This document shows, one piece after another, positions 18,378 through 28,816 of a stretch of 64,000 nt of DNA. The DNA is from an uncultured bacterium (GTDB lineage: Bacteria; Patescibacteriota; Minisyncoccia; UBA6257; GWB1-50-10). Positions within the stretch are counted from its first letter, which is position 1, and each line of letters begins with the position of its first letter. Below the pieces are notes generated by a model that saw only the letters and a program-made list of their open reading frames with translations, was not told where the DNA came from and did not search any database. The stretch spans positions 362,466-426,465 of the forward strand of contig CAVYJB010000002.1 of the NCBI GenBank assembly GCA_963768835.1, given 5' to 3'. The position numbers and the translations under genes were made by a program.

Positions 18378-18851
18378 ATGTTCGTACACATGGTCGTGGT
18401 GGATGAGATACCGTTGATAGGTAGCCGCGTGAAAACGAGTTGCGGCGAGTGGATCGCGTTCTCTCGGGTGACGATTGACCGCGCGAATACGGATCCGTGC
18501 CCAGAGTGTATGAAGGCCAGTGGCGACAAAAAGCAGAAGAAGCTCCAGAGGATGCAGGGCCTGGGCCCTGTCTGGGCCATCGACTATGGCTACGTCTGTC
18601 GGATATGCGACGGCGAGATGGTCGAGGTTGGCAGGCAATCCGACGGACGGAGGGTTTTCAACTGCAGGGTCTGCAGGGCCAACGAATGTGTTGAGTGCGC
18701 GGTATGTGGCCGGCCCCGTGCCTTCTGGGCCGACAGCGGTACGGTATGTATCGTGTGCACGCTCGAGACGATAGCGGGCCAGCGGGAATTGACCGCGGAG
18801 CAGCATCGCCGTATTGCGGAGTGGAAGATTACCATCCGCTCAAGCGACTGA
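18378..18851 (+). CDS. Cys-rich multi-CxxC (zinc-finger-like) protein
   Basis: Several CxxC pairs (CPEC, CRIC, CRVC, CVEC/CAVC, CIVC); AGGAGG SD; hairpin plus T tract at 18871-18908. Confidence 0.7.
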   Translation: MFVHMVVVDEIPLIGSRVKTSCGEWIAFSRVTIDRANTDPCPECMKASGDKKQKKLQRMQGLGPVWAIDYGYVCRICDGEMVEVGRQSDGRRVFNCRVCRANECVECAVCGRPRAFWADSGTVCIVCTLETIAGQRELTAEQHRRIAEWKITIRSSD

Positions 18852-18977
18852 TATATTTTGTGTTTCTCTAAATCCCTCGGGCCTTCCAGCCCCCGGGATT
18901 TTTATTTACGTATCCTTGACGCCGTATCCGTTCTGCCCTATAACACGACGAGCGACTACCACAACCAGGGGGAACCA

Positions 18978-19289
18978 ATGGCCGATTCAGTAGGTCGAGA
19001 GCGGGCGGCGTATCTCGTGCGGAGATACCAGGAATGCTTTCGTGAGCGTTCGATACGGCCCCGGAGAAAGACGGTGGGGGTCCTGAATCCGTCGAGGGAT
19101 GTGATTCTCGGTCACGCTGCGGCGCTTATCGATGAGGTCGCGCGCGTGGGCGAAGTAGCCACCTACCAACGGCTTCTTCTCACCGCAGGGTTTGCTCAAG
19201 GGTGCCTCCTCTCGACGGGCGATTTCACGCCCCAGGAGCTCGAAGGGCACGTCAAAGAAGCGATCCTCGAGAATCCTAGCGTCGGATAA
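18978..19289 (+). CDS. Hypothetical protein
   Basis: ATG after AGGGGG; GFAQGCL motif; promoter at 18916 and terminator at 19319-19351. Confidence 0.7.
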   Translation: MADSVGRERAAYLVRRYQECFRERSIRPRRKTVGVLNPSRDVILGHAAALIDEVARVGEVATYQRLLLTAGFAQGCLLSTGDFTPQELEGHVKEAILENPSVG

Positions 19290-19388
19290 GCGCCCGAAGA
19301 CGGCCCGTACCGTTTCGTCCCGCACCTGCTATGCCGGTGCGGGATTTTTTTGTGAAAAATCGTCTGGTATTGTAAGGTAGTCCTATCC

Positions 19389-21401
19389 ATGGAATTCAAG
19401 ATCGAATCAAGCTTCAAGCCGGCCGGCGACCAGCCGAAAGCGATCGAAGAGCTTGTTGCAGGACTAAAAAAAGGTTACCGCGACCAGGTGCTTTTGGGCG
19501 TCACGGGTTCCGGGAAAACGTTCACGATGGCGAACGTTATCGCGGAGATCGCAAAAGCCGACGCTCGTGATCGCGCACAACAAAACGCTCGCGGCCCAGC
19601 TCTGCAACGAGTTCCGCGAACTTTTCCCGCACAACTCCGTCAATTATTTCGTCTCGTACTACGATTACTACCAGCCGGAGGCGTACATCCCGTCGAGCGA
19701 TACCTACATCGACAAGGAGGCGCTCATCAACGACGAGATCGACAAGCTCCGCCACGCGGCGACGACCGCGCTCCTCACGCGGCGCGACGTGATCGTCGTG
19801 GCGTCGGTGTCGTGCATCTACGGTTTGGGCGCTCCCTGCGGTCTACGCGGGGAACATCATCCATTTCAAAGTCGGCGATAAGATCGAACGCGAAAGATTT
19901 TTCGCGGAAGTTCGTGGAGCTGCAATTCAGCCGCACGACCGCCGACCTGAAGCGCGGCACGTACCGCCTGCGCGGCGAAAGCTGGGAGATCATGCCGGCC
20001 GACCGCGAGGTCATCTATAACTTTGAGGTCGACGGGACGGCGTGATTCGCGCGATCTACGAGATCGATCCGGTGCAAAGGATTCCAGCCGGGCAAAACGC
20101 CGCAGGTCGCGGACGTTATTTTCGCGCCGGCGAAGCATTTCATCACGGAGGCGCCGGAACGGCGAGCGCGCGATCAAGGAGATTCAGGTGGAACTTGCGC
20201 GACCAGCTGAAAAAGTTCGAGAGCGAAGGAGAAGTTGCTCGAGGCGGAGCGCTGGAGCGCCGGACGAAGTTCGATCTCGCGATGATGCGCGAGGTGGGTT
20301 ACTGCCACGGCATCGAAAACTATTCCCGCCATCTTTCGGGCCGTCCGCGGGCGAGCCGCCGGACACGCTCCTCGATTATTTTCCGCACACCGAGAGCGGC
20401 AAGCCGGACTTCCTTACGATCATCGACGAATCGCACATGACCGTGCCGCAGATCCAGGGCATGTATCAACGGCGACGCCGCGCGCAAGAAAACGCTCATT
20501 GAATTCGGTTTCCGATTGCCGTCCGCGGCCGACAACCGGCCCCTGCGTTTCGCCGAGTTCGAGAAGCGCATCGGGCAGGTGATCTACACGTCGGCGACGC
20601 CGGGCGCGTACGAAATAGAGAGCAAGCGAGCAGACCGTGGAACAGATCATCCGGCCGACAGGCCTCGTTGATCCGAAGATCACGATCCGGCCCGCGCGCG
20701 GGCAGGTGGACGATCTTATTCCGCGCATAGAAGACGCGGGTAAAAAAGCATGAGCGCGTGCTCGTGACGACGCTCACGAAACGGATGGCCGAGGACCTTT
20801 CGGCGTATCTCGAAGAGAAAAAAGTGAAAGTGAATTATCTGCACAGCGACGTAAAGACGCTCGACCGCATCAAGATCCTGACCGACCTTCGGAAGGGGAA
20901 GATCGAAGTGCTCGTTGGCGTGAATCTGCTTCGCGAAGGACTCGACCTGCCGGAGGTTTCGCTCGTCGCGATCCTGGACGCCGACAAAGAAGGATTTCTG
21001 CGAAGCGAGGTTTCGCTCATCCAGACGATCGGCCGCGCGGCGCGTAACGTCGAAGGCGAAGTTCTGATGTATGCCGACAACATCACCGGCTCCATTGACC
21101 GCGCCGTGAAAGAAACCGACCGCCGCCGGAAGATCCAGGTCGCGTACAACAAAGAGCACCACATCACGCCGACCACGATCGTGAAAGCGATCACGAACAT
21201 CCTGCCGACAGCGGACATCGCTGAGATCCTGAAGCTCGAGAGAAAGCGCCGCGGACGAAAACGGCGCTCAGAAGCGCTTATCGCCGAAAGGAACGCGAGA
21301 TGAGAGACAGCACCGAGGCGCTCGACTTCGAGCTCGCCGCCATCCTCCGCGACGAAATAAAAGAGCTGAGAGAAGGAGGTACAGAAGAAAGAAAAAAGTA
21401 A
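19389..21401 (+). pseudogene. uvrB: Excinuclease ABC subunit B, multiple frameshifts (possibly assembly errors)
   Basis: [56 protein letters not shown] and FELAAILRDEI lie in different frames. Confidence 0.9.
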
Positions 21402-21554
21402 GAATAAGAAATAGGCGCGGCGGTGGTTGACTTATCCGCCACTCCTCCTATCCTGGGGTGGCGGTTTATACTAAACCGAATCGACGGTCCGGCGATGGTA
21501 CGCCATGCCGGACGCGCTCGATGTTCATTCACATTCACCGAAAGGAGTCACGTT

Positions 21555-22513
21555 ATGGGTACGCCCAAAAGAGTGGCTGCACCGGCGGAACCGAAGCACC
21601 CCACGGTGTCCGAGAAGGAACAATTATTCAAATTGGCTGGCGAGCGTCGAAAAGAGCTGAATCTGAAACCATTACCCCTGATACTTGAGGCGATGAGGGG
21701 TATTCTCTCTCCGCTCGTTCCCTGGCTGGATGTAGAGCTTCCTCCCCAGTTGTGTGAGCCGCGGAGAGGGCGAGCGATGCTGGTGCTGGACGGTTCGGGC
21801 CATAGGGGGTTTCCCACCCTCATGCTGGAGCGTTCCGGGAAATGGGTCGTGAAAAAAGGGTTTTGGGAGGACCTTTCGATTCACCGCATGGACTCGGATG
21901 AACTCGCCACCCTCATCGTCAAGGAAAACGACTCATTGCTTGGGTTCTCCGCGAACGGGGGCGGGAGGCGGGTGGCGGAAGAAGTTGGTTTCCTGCGCGA
22001 CATCGTGCTCTACGACTCCATTCTGGAGATGATGTCCGAATGCGGGAAGACGGTGGCACGAGCGCTCCGCGAGCGTGAGGAACGGATTCAGATCATGCAA
22101 GAACAGTTGGGGCTCCTACGCGACTTCCGGCAATCTCTCGATCCCTTGCTCGCTGCCGGAAGCGGAGTGGAGCTGAAGGAATATTCAATTTTCTCGCACG
22201 ACTCCCACGGCTCCACACGGTACACCGGGGGTTATCTCTCGGTGGACGACCTAAAACCGTTCTGGGACCACCTAGGCTCGCGGGCCACAGCGGGTTCTTA
22301 CGAGCAGTTCCTCTCGTGTCTCCATCTCAGCTCTCTTTCGAGATTCATTGAAATCATGGCGTTCTCTGCGCGGGAGATAGCCGAGACCCGGTCCAAGGGG
22401 GAAAAACAGCCTCTGAGGTTGCGGGGTACACTTCAGGACGGCTGCCATTCTCTGACAAGGAACGCGCGGTGCTCAAGGGCATTGTCGATGCCATCCGCAG
22501 TATGACGCGCTGA
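21555..22513 (+). CDS. Hypothetical protein (probable 1-bp error in GGGGGAAAAA at ~22400)
   Basis: AAAGGAG SD, promoter at 21427, terminator at 22535-22569; the shifted frame ends ...RAVLKGIVDAIRSMTR*. Confidence 0.7.
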
Positions 22514-22597
22514 GGCAAGCGCATTTCTCTACCTGCCGTTCGGGCAACCCCCGGACGGCTTTTAATTTGTCCCGGAAGCTGGGTAGAATGGGGAGAC

Positions 22598-22717
22598 ATG
22601 ACAAGCAACGTCCGCATCAGAATTGAGCTCGCTACCGTCTTACAAGACGAGATCAAGGAATTAGGGAAGAAGGCCGATATCAGGAAGGTGGAAACGAAAA
22701 AGGCGCCGCGGGCGTAG
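22598..22717 (+). pseudogene. Small ORF carrying an orphan copy of the UvrB C-terminal UVR motif
   Basis: IELATVLQDEIKEL versus uvrB FELAAILRDEIKEL (10/14 identical). Confidence 0.7.
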
Positions 22718-22742
22718 TAAGAAGTAGCGGCCGACACATTCC

Positions 22743-23333
22743 ATGCCAGAGGCACCGCACGATCCACGGGAGCGAAGCGACGCAGAGCTTGTGGTGCTCG
22801 CGCTGCGCGAGCCCCAGGGCTACCGGCACCTCATGGAACGCTACGAGCCGAAGCTCCTGCGCTACATTCGTCGTATCTCCGGCGTCGTGGAAGAGGACGC
22901 GGAGGACATCCTGCAGGAGGTTTTCATCAAGGTGTACCAGAATCTGAACGACTTCGACCGCGCGCTCAGTTTTTCATCCTGGATTTACCGCATTGCCCAC
23001 AACGAGACCGTGAGCCACTGGCGGGGGCGGCAGGCGCGGCCGCCGGAGGTGTACGTGACCGATGACGACCGGGAGCTTGTGGAGCTTCTCCGTGCCGACG
23101 TGGACCTCCCGGCGACGCTCGACCGCAGCTATACCGCGGAGGCGGTCCGGGGGGTGCTGGAGCATCTGGACTCCAAGTATCGCGAGGCCCTCGTCCTACG
23201 CTTTCTTGAAGAGAAGAGCTACCAGGAGATGTCCGACATTCTCCGGAAACCGCTGGGGACGATCGCGACGCTTCTGAATCGCGCGAAGCAGCGCTTCAAC
23301 GACGAGGTTGTCCGGAGGAACCTGAAATTTTAA
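22743..23333 (+). CDS. ECF RNA polymerase sigma factor
   Basis: DAEDILQEVFIKVY, FSSWIYRIAHN, SYQEMSDIL..PLGT....L.RA. Confidence 0.95.
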   Translation: MPEAPHDPRERSDAELVVLALREPQGYRHLMERYEPKLLRYIRRISGVVEEDAEDILQEVFIKVYQNLNDFDRALSFSSWIYRIAHNETVSHWRGRQARPPEVYVTDDDRELVELLRADVDLPATLDRSYTAEAVRGVLEHLDSKYREALVLRFLEEKSYQEMSDILRKPLGTIATLLNRAKQRFNDEVVRRNLKF

Positions 23334-23338
23334 TCCCC

Positions 23339-24043
23339 ATGTCCGAGATACCCGACAAAATTCTGCACACCATTGAGGAACGACGCCTGGCCCCGAAGCC
23401 ACGGTGGCGCTTTGTGGTGGAGAACGCCGGGCGGTGGCTCCTGCTTTTTCTTGCGCTCCTCGTGGGCGGGCTCGCGATCGGTTTCGTGCTCGCGATTCTC
23501 CGGAACGCGGATGCCGACCTCTACACCTACCTCGGACAGAGTTCGCTCACCTACACCCTTTCCGCCATTCCCTTTCTCTGGGTGGCGATTGGTGCGCTCT
23601 GCATCGTGGCGGCCTATTATGCCTTTCATCAGACCCCGCACGGATACCGCTATCGGTTCTACGTCGTGGCGCTCGGCGTAGCGCTCATCGCGCTCCTCGC
23701 GGGGGAGAGTCTCTTCGAAGCGCGTCTCGCCGCGCGGGTGCACGAGGCGCTGACAACGCAGTTCCCGACCTATCGCGCCATGACGCCTTCCGCGGAAGCC
23801 CTCTGGACCCAGCCGGCGAACGGGCTTCTGACCGGGGTGGTCACAAGCAAGGAGAACGACGAGGAGTTCGTGGTGCAGGACGTGAAGGGAGTGCTCTGGC
23901 GCGTGGAGTCATATGCGCCGGAAATGAAGGAAGTCGTGGAACCGGAGATAGGAATGCGCCTGAAGATCATCGGCGTCGCGTACGGTTCCAACGAGTTCTA
24001 CGCCGTGGAGTTCCGTCTCTGGAACCCCCGGGGCGCGCGGTAG
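23339..24043 (+). CDS. Membrane protein, possible anti-sigma partner
   Basis: Three TM helices and a C-terminal OB-like segment, directly downstream of the sigma factor. Confidence 0.7.
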   Translation: MSEIPDKILHTIEERRLAPKPRWRFVVENAGRWLLLFLALLVGGLAIGFVLAILRNADADLYTYLGQSSLTYTLSAIPFLWVAIGALCIVAAYYAFHQTPHGYRYRFYVVALGVALIALLAGESLFEARLAARVHEALTTQFPTYRAMTPSAEALWTQPANGLLTGVVTSKENDEEFVVQDVKGVLWRVESYAPEMKEVVEPEIGMRLKIIGVAYGSNEFYAVEFRLWNPRGAR

Positions 24044-24164
24044 CGGGCCCTCTATTTCGCGCGGGTACTTGACAAGGAAAGGTATAAGCTGTACTCTTCC
24101 GGGCAGATTCTTTGTCATTGTAATCCACTCACATCCATCCATATCTCACTGAAAGGAGGTAGGC

Positions 24165-25283
24165 ATGAAAAGCCTATCCTACACGCTGCTGTTTCTGGTG
24201 ATCGTTGCCCTCCTTCTGCCCGCCACCTCGAACGCTGCCGCTCCGTGGAACCTCGTGAACAGCCTGAGTCTTTCGAGCTGGTCCTCCGGATATTCCAACA
24301 CGGCGGTTTCGGGCCAGTCGTACGACTTTGTCATCACGACCGCGGCGAGCACCGGGACGCGCTTCGGGATTTTCTCTCGGGCGTATACCGCAACGAATCT
24401 GCCGCAGACCAACATGGTGGTCGCAATCGAGCTCAATGCGCCCAGCACCCAAAACGTCCGGGTCTCGATTAGCCTGTACTACCAGGGCAATCCGCAGGTG
24501 AACTCCGCCCTGGTGTATGTCGTAGGGGGCACGAGTTTCGCCGATTACACCTTCCTGTTCCCGGTCTACGCGGGTCAATTCGACGAGATGCGCTTCAACT
24601 TTTCGTATCTCGACGGAGAAACCGGCACCCGGGAAATCCTGGTGGACAACATCCGGATCGACGGGACGCTGCTGGACAACTGCGACAATCCGCTGCCCAT
24701 CCAGCTTGCGACCTTCCAGGTCGCCTCGGTGGTGGGAAGCGACGTAACGCTGTACTGGAAGACGCTGTCGGAGACCAACAACTACGGGTTCGACGTGGAA
24801 CGGAGTTCCGACGGAAAGAACTTCCAGAAGCTCAGCTTCATCGCCGGGCACGGGACCACGCTCGCGACGCATGAGTACTCCTATGAGGACAAGAGCGTTG
24901 CGGTCGGAACCTGGTACTATCGCCTGAAGCAAACGGATCTCGACGGTTCGGCGACGTACTCGGAAGTGCAGGTCGCGAAGGTCGAGGGTGTCGCGACGGT
25001 CGCGGCGCCTGAAGTGCCGACGGTGTACTCCTTGCGGCAGAACTATCCGAATCCCTTCAACCCGGCGACAAAGATCGAGTACGCGCTACCGGCAGCCGGT
25101 CGCGTGACGCTCAAGGTCTACGACGCGCTGGGGCGGGAAGTCGTGACACTCGTGGAGGGGATGCAGACCGCAGGATCGCATACGGCGACATTCGACGCCA
25201 CAAGCCTTCCGAGCGGAACTTACTTCTATCGCATCGGCGCGGGTACGTTCACGGCGACCCACAAGATGCTGCTTCTGAAGTAG
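24165..25283 (+). CDS. Secreted protein with a type IX secretion (T9SS type A) C-terminal sorting domain
   Basis: Signal peptide; PLPIQLATF...LYWKTLSETNNYGFDVERS...YYRLKQTDLDG domain; CTD YSLRQNYPNPFNP...LKVYDALGREV...SGTYFYRI...KMLLLK. Confidence 0.9.
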   Translation: MKSLSYTLLFLVIVALLLPATSNAAAPWNLVNSLSLSSWSSGYSNTAVSGQSYDFVITTAASTGTRFGIFSRAYTATNLPQTNMVVAIELNAPSTQNVRVSISLYYQGNPQVNSALVYVVGGTSFADYTFLFPVYAGQFDEMRFNFSYLDGETGTREILVDNIRIDGTLLDNCDNPLPIQLATFQVASVVGSDVTLYWKTLSETNNYGFDVERSSDGKNFQKLSFIAGHGTTLATHEYSYEDKSVAVGTWYYRLKQTDLDGSATYSEVQVAKVEGVATVAAPEVPTVYSLRQNYPNPFNPATKIEYALPAAGRVTLKVYDALGREVVTLVEGMQTAGSHTATFDATSLPSGTYFYRIGAGTFTATHKMLLLK

Positions 25284-25311
25284 GGGATGGGAATCCTTCC
25301 CCTTGTTCCAT

Positions 25312-25346
25312 GGGCCCGCAAGCACTATTTGCGGGCCTCTTTTTAT
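25312..25346 (+). terminator. Intrinsic terminator
   Basis: GGGCCCGCAAG...TTTGCGGGCCT-CTTTTT. Confidence 0.75.
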
Positions 25347-25430
25347 CCCCCAAGGCCTGGGTCTCATTGACAGTTCAAGAGATTTATTGGTATTGACAAG
25401 ATAAGGTCTGTAATTTATAATGCCGGCATT

Positions 25431-28400
25431 ATGAATACGTTCGGAAAGTTCGCAACGGTGGCGGTTGTAGGGTCGCTCCTCGTGCTTGAGGCCGTCGTGC
25501 CCGCCGGCACCGCGCTCGCGTGGCAGGGTCCGACCCTCACCGCGACGCCCAGCGTCACCTCGGTCACCGTTTCGTGGACGACCGCGGCGGACACGTCGGA
25601 GCACTCCGTCCATTACTCGACATTGCAGATCGACGGAACGAATTTCAATTCCGCGACGAACGCGCCCGGCGTTCCGGCGCCGCTTCCGAACCAGGCGCAG
25701 AGCGTCACGGTCAACGGACTCATCTCGAACACCACCTACTACTTTGCATACTGGTCCACCTCCACGGTAGGCGAGGCGAAGTTCTCGACGGCGTCTGCGA
25801 AAACCCTCACGCCGCCGCCTCCGGCGGCTCCGAACCCGGTTTCGAACCTCACCGCGACCGCGAGCGGCACGACCTGCATCGCACTCGCCTGGGACACGCC
25901 CTCCGGAGGCTCCCTTTCCCAGTTTTATCTTAGCTATTCCACGTCCGCGATCACGGGTTCCAACTTTGCATCCGCGACGCCCGCGACGGGTCTTCCGCTC
26001 CCGATCTCCGGGACGCACCAGACCTTCACGCAGTGCGGGCTTTCCGCCGGTACGACCTATTACTTCGGTCTCACGGTGGCGAACACGGTAGGTACCCAGT
26101 CGTCTCTCGTGACTTCTTCGGCGGCCACCCAGTCGGGCGGCGGAGGCGGCGGTGGTGGAGGCGGCGGCGGAGGCCTCCTGCCTCCGGTTGCGGTTACGAG
26201 CCTTACGGCCTCGAGCTCCATCAATTCCGTGGATCTTTCCTGGAAGACTCCTTCGAGCGACAACCTTTCACAGACGAGCGTGTGGTACTCCCTTTCTCCG
26301 ATCACGTCCGGGAACGTCGCGGGCGCGACCGCCGTCACGGGCGTCCCGCTCCCGCGGAAGGGAGAGATCCAGACGGTGCATGTCCCGGGCCTCACCGCGG
26401 GCACGCTGTATTACTTCGCGGTGCAGGAGGTGGATATCGTGGGGCAGACTTCTCCTCTCGCGACCGTTTCCGCGACGACGCTCACGGGCGCGAACCTTTC
26501 GAGCGTCCCTCCGGTCACAAATCTTCTCGCCTCGAGCTCGGTGAACTTTATCAATCTCTCCTGGCTCACCCCGCAGGATGACAATCTCTCGCAGTTCAAT
26601 GTTCGGTACTCGACCTCGAGCATCACCGACGCGAACTTCGCGCAGGCGGCGGTCGCCGCAAACCCTCCGCTCCCGCGGAAGGGCCAGGGGCAGGGAATGC
26701 AGGTCTCGGGCCTGCAGGCGTCCACGCTCTACTTCTTTGCGGTCCAGGTACAGAACATCGTCGGCGCGACCTCGCCGTTGGCGACCGTCTCGACCACAAC
26801 CCTCGCGTCGGGGGGCGGTGGCGGCGGTGGGGGAGGTGGGGGTGGCGGGCTTCTTCCGCCCGGTCCCGCGACGAACCTTGCCATCACAAGCTATGTGGAC
26901 GGCGTGGATCTTTCCTGGCTCACTCCGCAGAACGACAACCTCTCGCAGTTTTCCATCCGTTACTCGACTTCAAGCATCACGGCGGGGAACTTCGCGCAGG
27001 CCGCGGTAGCTCCGAACCCTCCGCTCCCGCGGAAGGGTGAAACCCAGATGCTCCACATTGGGGGGCTCCAGAGTGGCACGACGTATTACTTCGCGATCCA
27101 GATCCAGGACATCGTGGGACAGACCTCGCCGTTGGCGACGATCTCCGGCACGACGCTTTTGAATCTCATCGGCACGCCGCCCGTGACGAATTTCACCGCG
27201 ACGCCCGATGGTACAAACGGCACGACCTGCATCGATCTCGCCTGGGACACCCCGCAGGGGCTGCTCCTCTCGGAGTTCCATCTGCGCTATTCCACGGACG
27301 CCATTACAGATGACGTGAGCTTTACCTCGGGGACTCTGGCGACCGGCGTACCGCTCCCGCGGCACGGCGAGCACCAGACTTTCACGCAGTGCGGGCTTTC
27401 GGCAGGCACCAATTATTCCTTCGGTATTAAGATCGCGAACGTTGTGGGCGTTGAATCGCCCCTCGTGACCGCATCCGCGGCCACCACGTCGGGTGGTGGA
27501 GGCGGTGGCGGCGGGGGAGGTGGAGGCGGCGGTGGAGGCGGAAGTGTCGGTGGGGGCGTCGTGACGGTCGGTGGCGGCGGTGGAGGTGGGGGCGGCGTCT
27601 CCGTGGGCCCCTCCGTGCCGACGAACGGCTCTATCCGCATCAACGGCGGTGCCGCGATCACGTACACGCGCGCTGTGACCCTCACGCTCACCGCGACGGG
27701 GGCGACACAGATGGCTATCTCGAACTCGCCGGTTTTCACGAACACCGTGTGGCTGCCGTTCGCGACGACCATGCCATGGACGCTCACGGACGGTTACGGC
27801 TCGAAGTCGGTCTACGCCCAATTCCGCAATGCGTCAGGGATCGCCTCTCCGGTTGTCGCGGGCATCCTCTATGCGCCGTATCCGGCGACGATCGGAACGG
27901 GAGGCGGCGTCGGGCGCGCCTATGACATCCAAGACGTCAACACGGCAATGGTGAACTGGGGCAAGAGCGGGACGGTCTCTGACCTGAACGGCGATGGCAC
28001 GGTGAACGTGCGGGATATCGCAGTGATGTACGCTGACTGGGCACAGAACCCTCGGCCCATCACGTCGGCGCCGACTCTCGCAACCTTCGTTTCTCCGACC
28101 CCTGGGAACGCGAACGTTCTGCCCGGTGACGAGCTCTCGGTGAACGTAGTGGCGGATCCGAAGGGAAGCCGCGATTACACCGCCGAGGTGGCGCTTCAGT
28201 ATCCGACGGATCTCCTTGAGTTTGAAACCTTCGATTTCCACGGCGGGTGGGTGCCGGTGGTGCGCCCCGAGTTCGACCAGGATAATCGGACGGACGGGAT
28301 CATTCTGAAAACCGGGGCCTACCCGGGTGGGTTCACGCGACCCGTAGCCGTCGGTACCGCCATCTTCCGTGTGAAGCAGCAGGGTGCCGGGACCGTCCGC

Positions 28401-28676
28401 GTGGCGAACGACTACTTCGTTCTGAACGCTTCGAACCAGAATGTTCTTGCACAGGGGTCCAATATGGCACCGCTCGTGGTCTTCGGGACCGTCTCACCCG
28501 CAGGGACCTTCACCGCAAACCTGCTTTCCATCTTCGGTTCGAGTAACTGGGGCGCAGGGCTTGAGGCACTTATTCTCTTCCTCATCCTCTACATCGTTTC
28601 CCGCATTCTTCAGGACCATTACCGGAAGCGCGAGGAACGGCGCACCGCCGCGCTCCAGCCGAAGCTGAGCATCTAA
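25431..28676 (+). CDS. Large surface protein: fibronectin-III repeats, poly-Gly linkers, dockerin-like and cohesin-like domains, C-terminal TM anchor
   Basis: Six FN3-like units (L.W..P...F..RYST..IT..NF...TTYYF); DLNGDGTVNVRDI; V.PGD..SV.V......L.YP.DLLE; hydrophobic tail followed by RKREERR. Confidence 0.85.
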   Translation: MNTFGKFATVAVVGSLLVLEAVVPAGTALAWQGPTLTATPSVTSVTVSWTTAADTSEHSVHYSTLQIDGTNFNSATNAPGVPAPLPNQAQSVTVNGLISNTTYYFAYWSTSTVGEAKFSTASAKTLTPPPPAAPNPVSNLTATASGTTCIALAWDTPSGGSLSQFYLSYSTSAITGSNFASATPATGLPLPISGTHQTFTQCGLSAGTTYYFGLTVANTVGTQSSLVTSSAATQSGGGGGGGGGGGGGLLPPVAVTSLTASSSINSVDLSWKTPSSDNLSQTSVWYSLSPITSGNVAGATAVTGVPLPRKGEIQTVHVPGLTAGTLYYFAVQEVDIVGQTSPLATVSATTLTGANLSSVPPVTNLLASSSVNFINLSWLTPQDDNLSQFNVRYSTSSITDANFAQAAVAANPPLPRKGQGQGMQVSGLQASTLYFFAVQVQNIVGATSPLATVSTTTLASGGGGGGGGGGGGGLLPPGPATNLAITSYVDGVDLSWLTPQNDNLSQFSIRYSTSSITAGNFAQAAVAPNPPLPRKGETQMLHIGGLQSGTTYYFAIQIQDIVGQTSPLATISGTTLLNLIGTPPVTNFTATPDGTNGTTCIDLAWDTPQGLLLSEFHLRYSTDAITDDVSFTSGTLATGVPLPRHGEHQTFTQCGLSAGTNYSFGIKIANVVGVESPLVTASAATTSGGGGGGGGGGGGGGGGGSVGGGVVTVGGGGGGGGGVSVGPSVPTNGSIRINGGAAITYTRAVTLTLTATGATQMAISNSPVFTNTVWLPFATTMPWTLTDGYGSKSVYAQFRNASGIASPVVAGILYAPYPATIGTGGGVGRAYDIQDVNTAMVNWGKSGTVSDLNGDGTVNVRDIAVMYADWAQNPRPITSAPTLATFVSPTPGNANVLPGDELSVNVVADPKGSRDYTAEVALQYPTDLLEFETFDFHGGWVPVVRPEFDQDNRTDGIILKTGAYPGGFTRPVAVGTAIFRVKQQGAGTVRVANDYFVLNASNQNVLAQGSNMAPLVVFGTVSPAGTFTANLLSIFGSSNWGAGLEALILFLILYIVSRILQDHYRKREERRTAALQPKLSI

Positions 28677-28688
28677 CATCGTTATCCG

Positions 28689-28716
28689 AACCCGCTCCTC
28701 AGAAAGGAGCGGGTTG
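28689..28716 (+). terminator. Hairpin or terminator
   Basis: AACCCGCTCCT-CAGAA-AGGAGCGGGTT. Confidence 0.7.
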
Positions 28717-28816
28717 TGGTTTAGGGCAATGAGGTAGCGCTTGTAGGCCCGTTCGTGCTGGTATACACTCGGGCTAGCTCACGCTTCACAATAATTCACA
28801 ATTTACGGAGGATGAC

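Noticed and set aside
19389-21401. Programmed frameshifting or RNA editing of uvrB and uvrA
   Set aside because: Too many shifts, in both directions, with no shared slippery motif; assembly error is simpler.
27492-27597. G-rich tracts as phase-variable or G-quadruplex switches
   Set aside because: They are in-frame poly-Gly linkers with mixed GGN codons, explained by the protein sequence.
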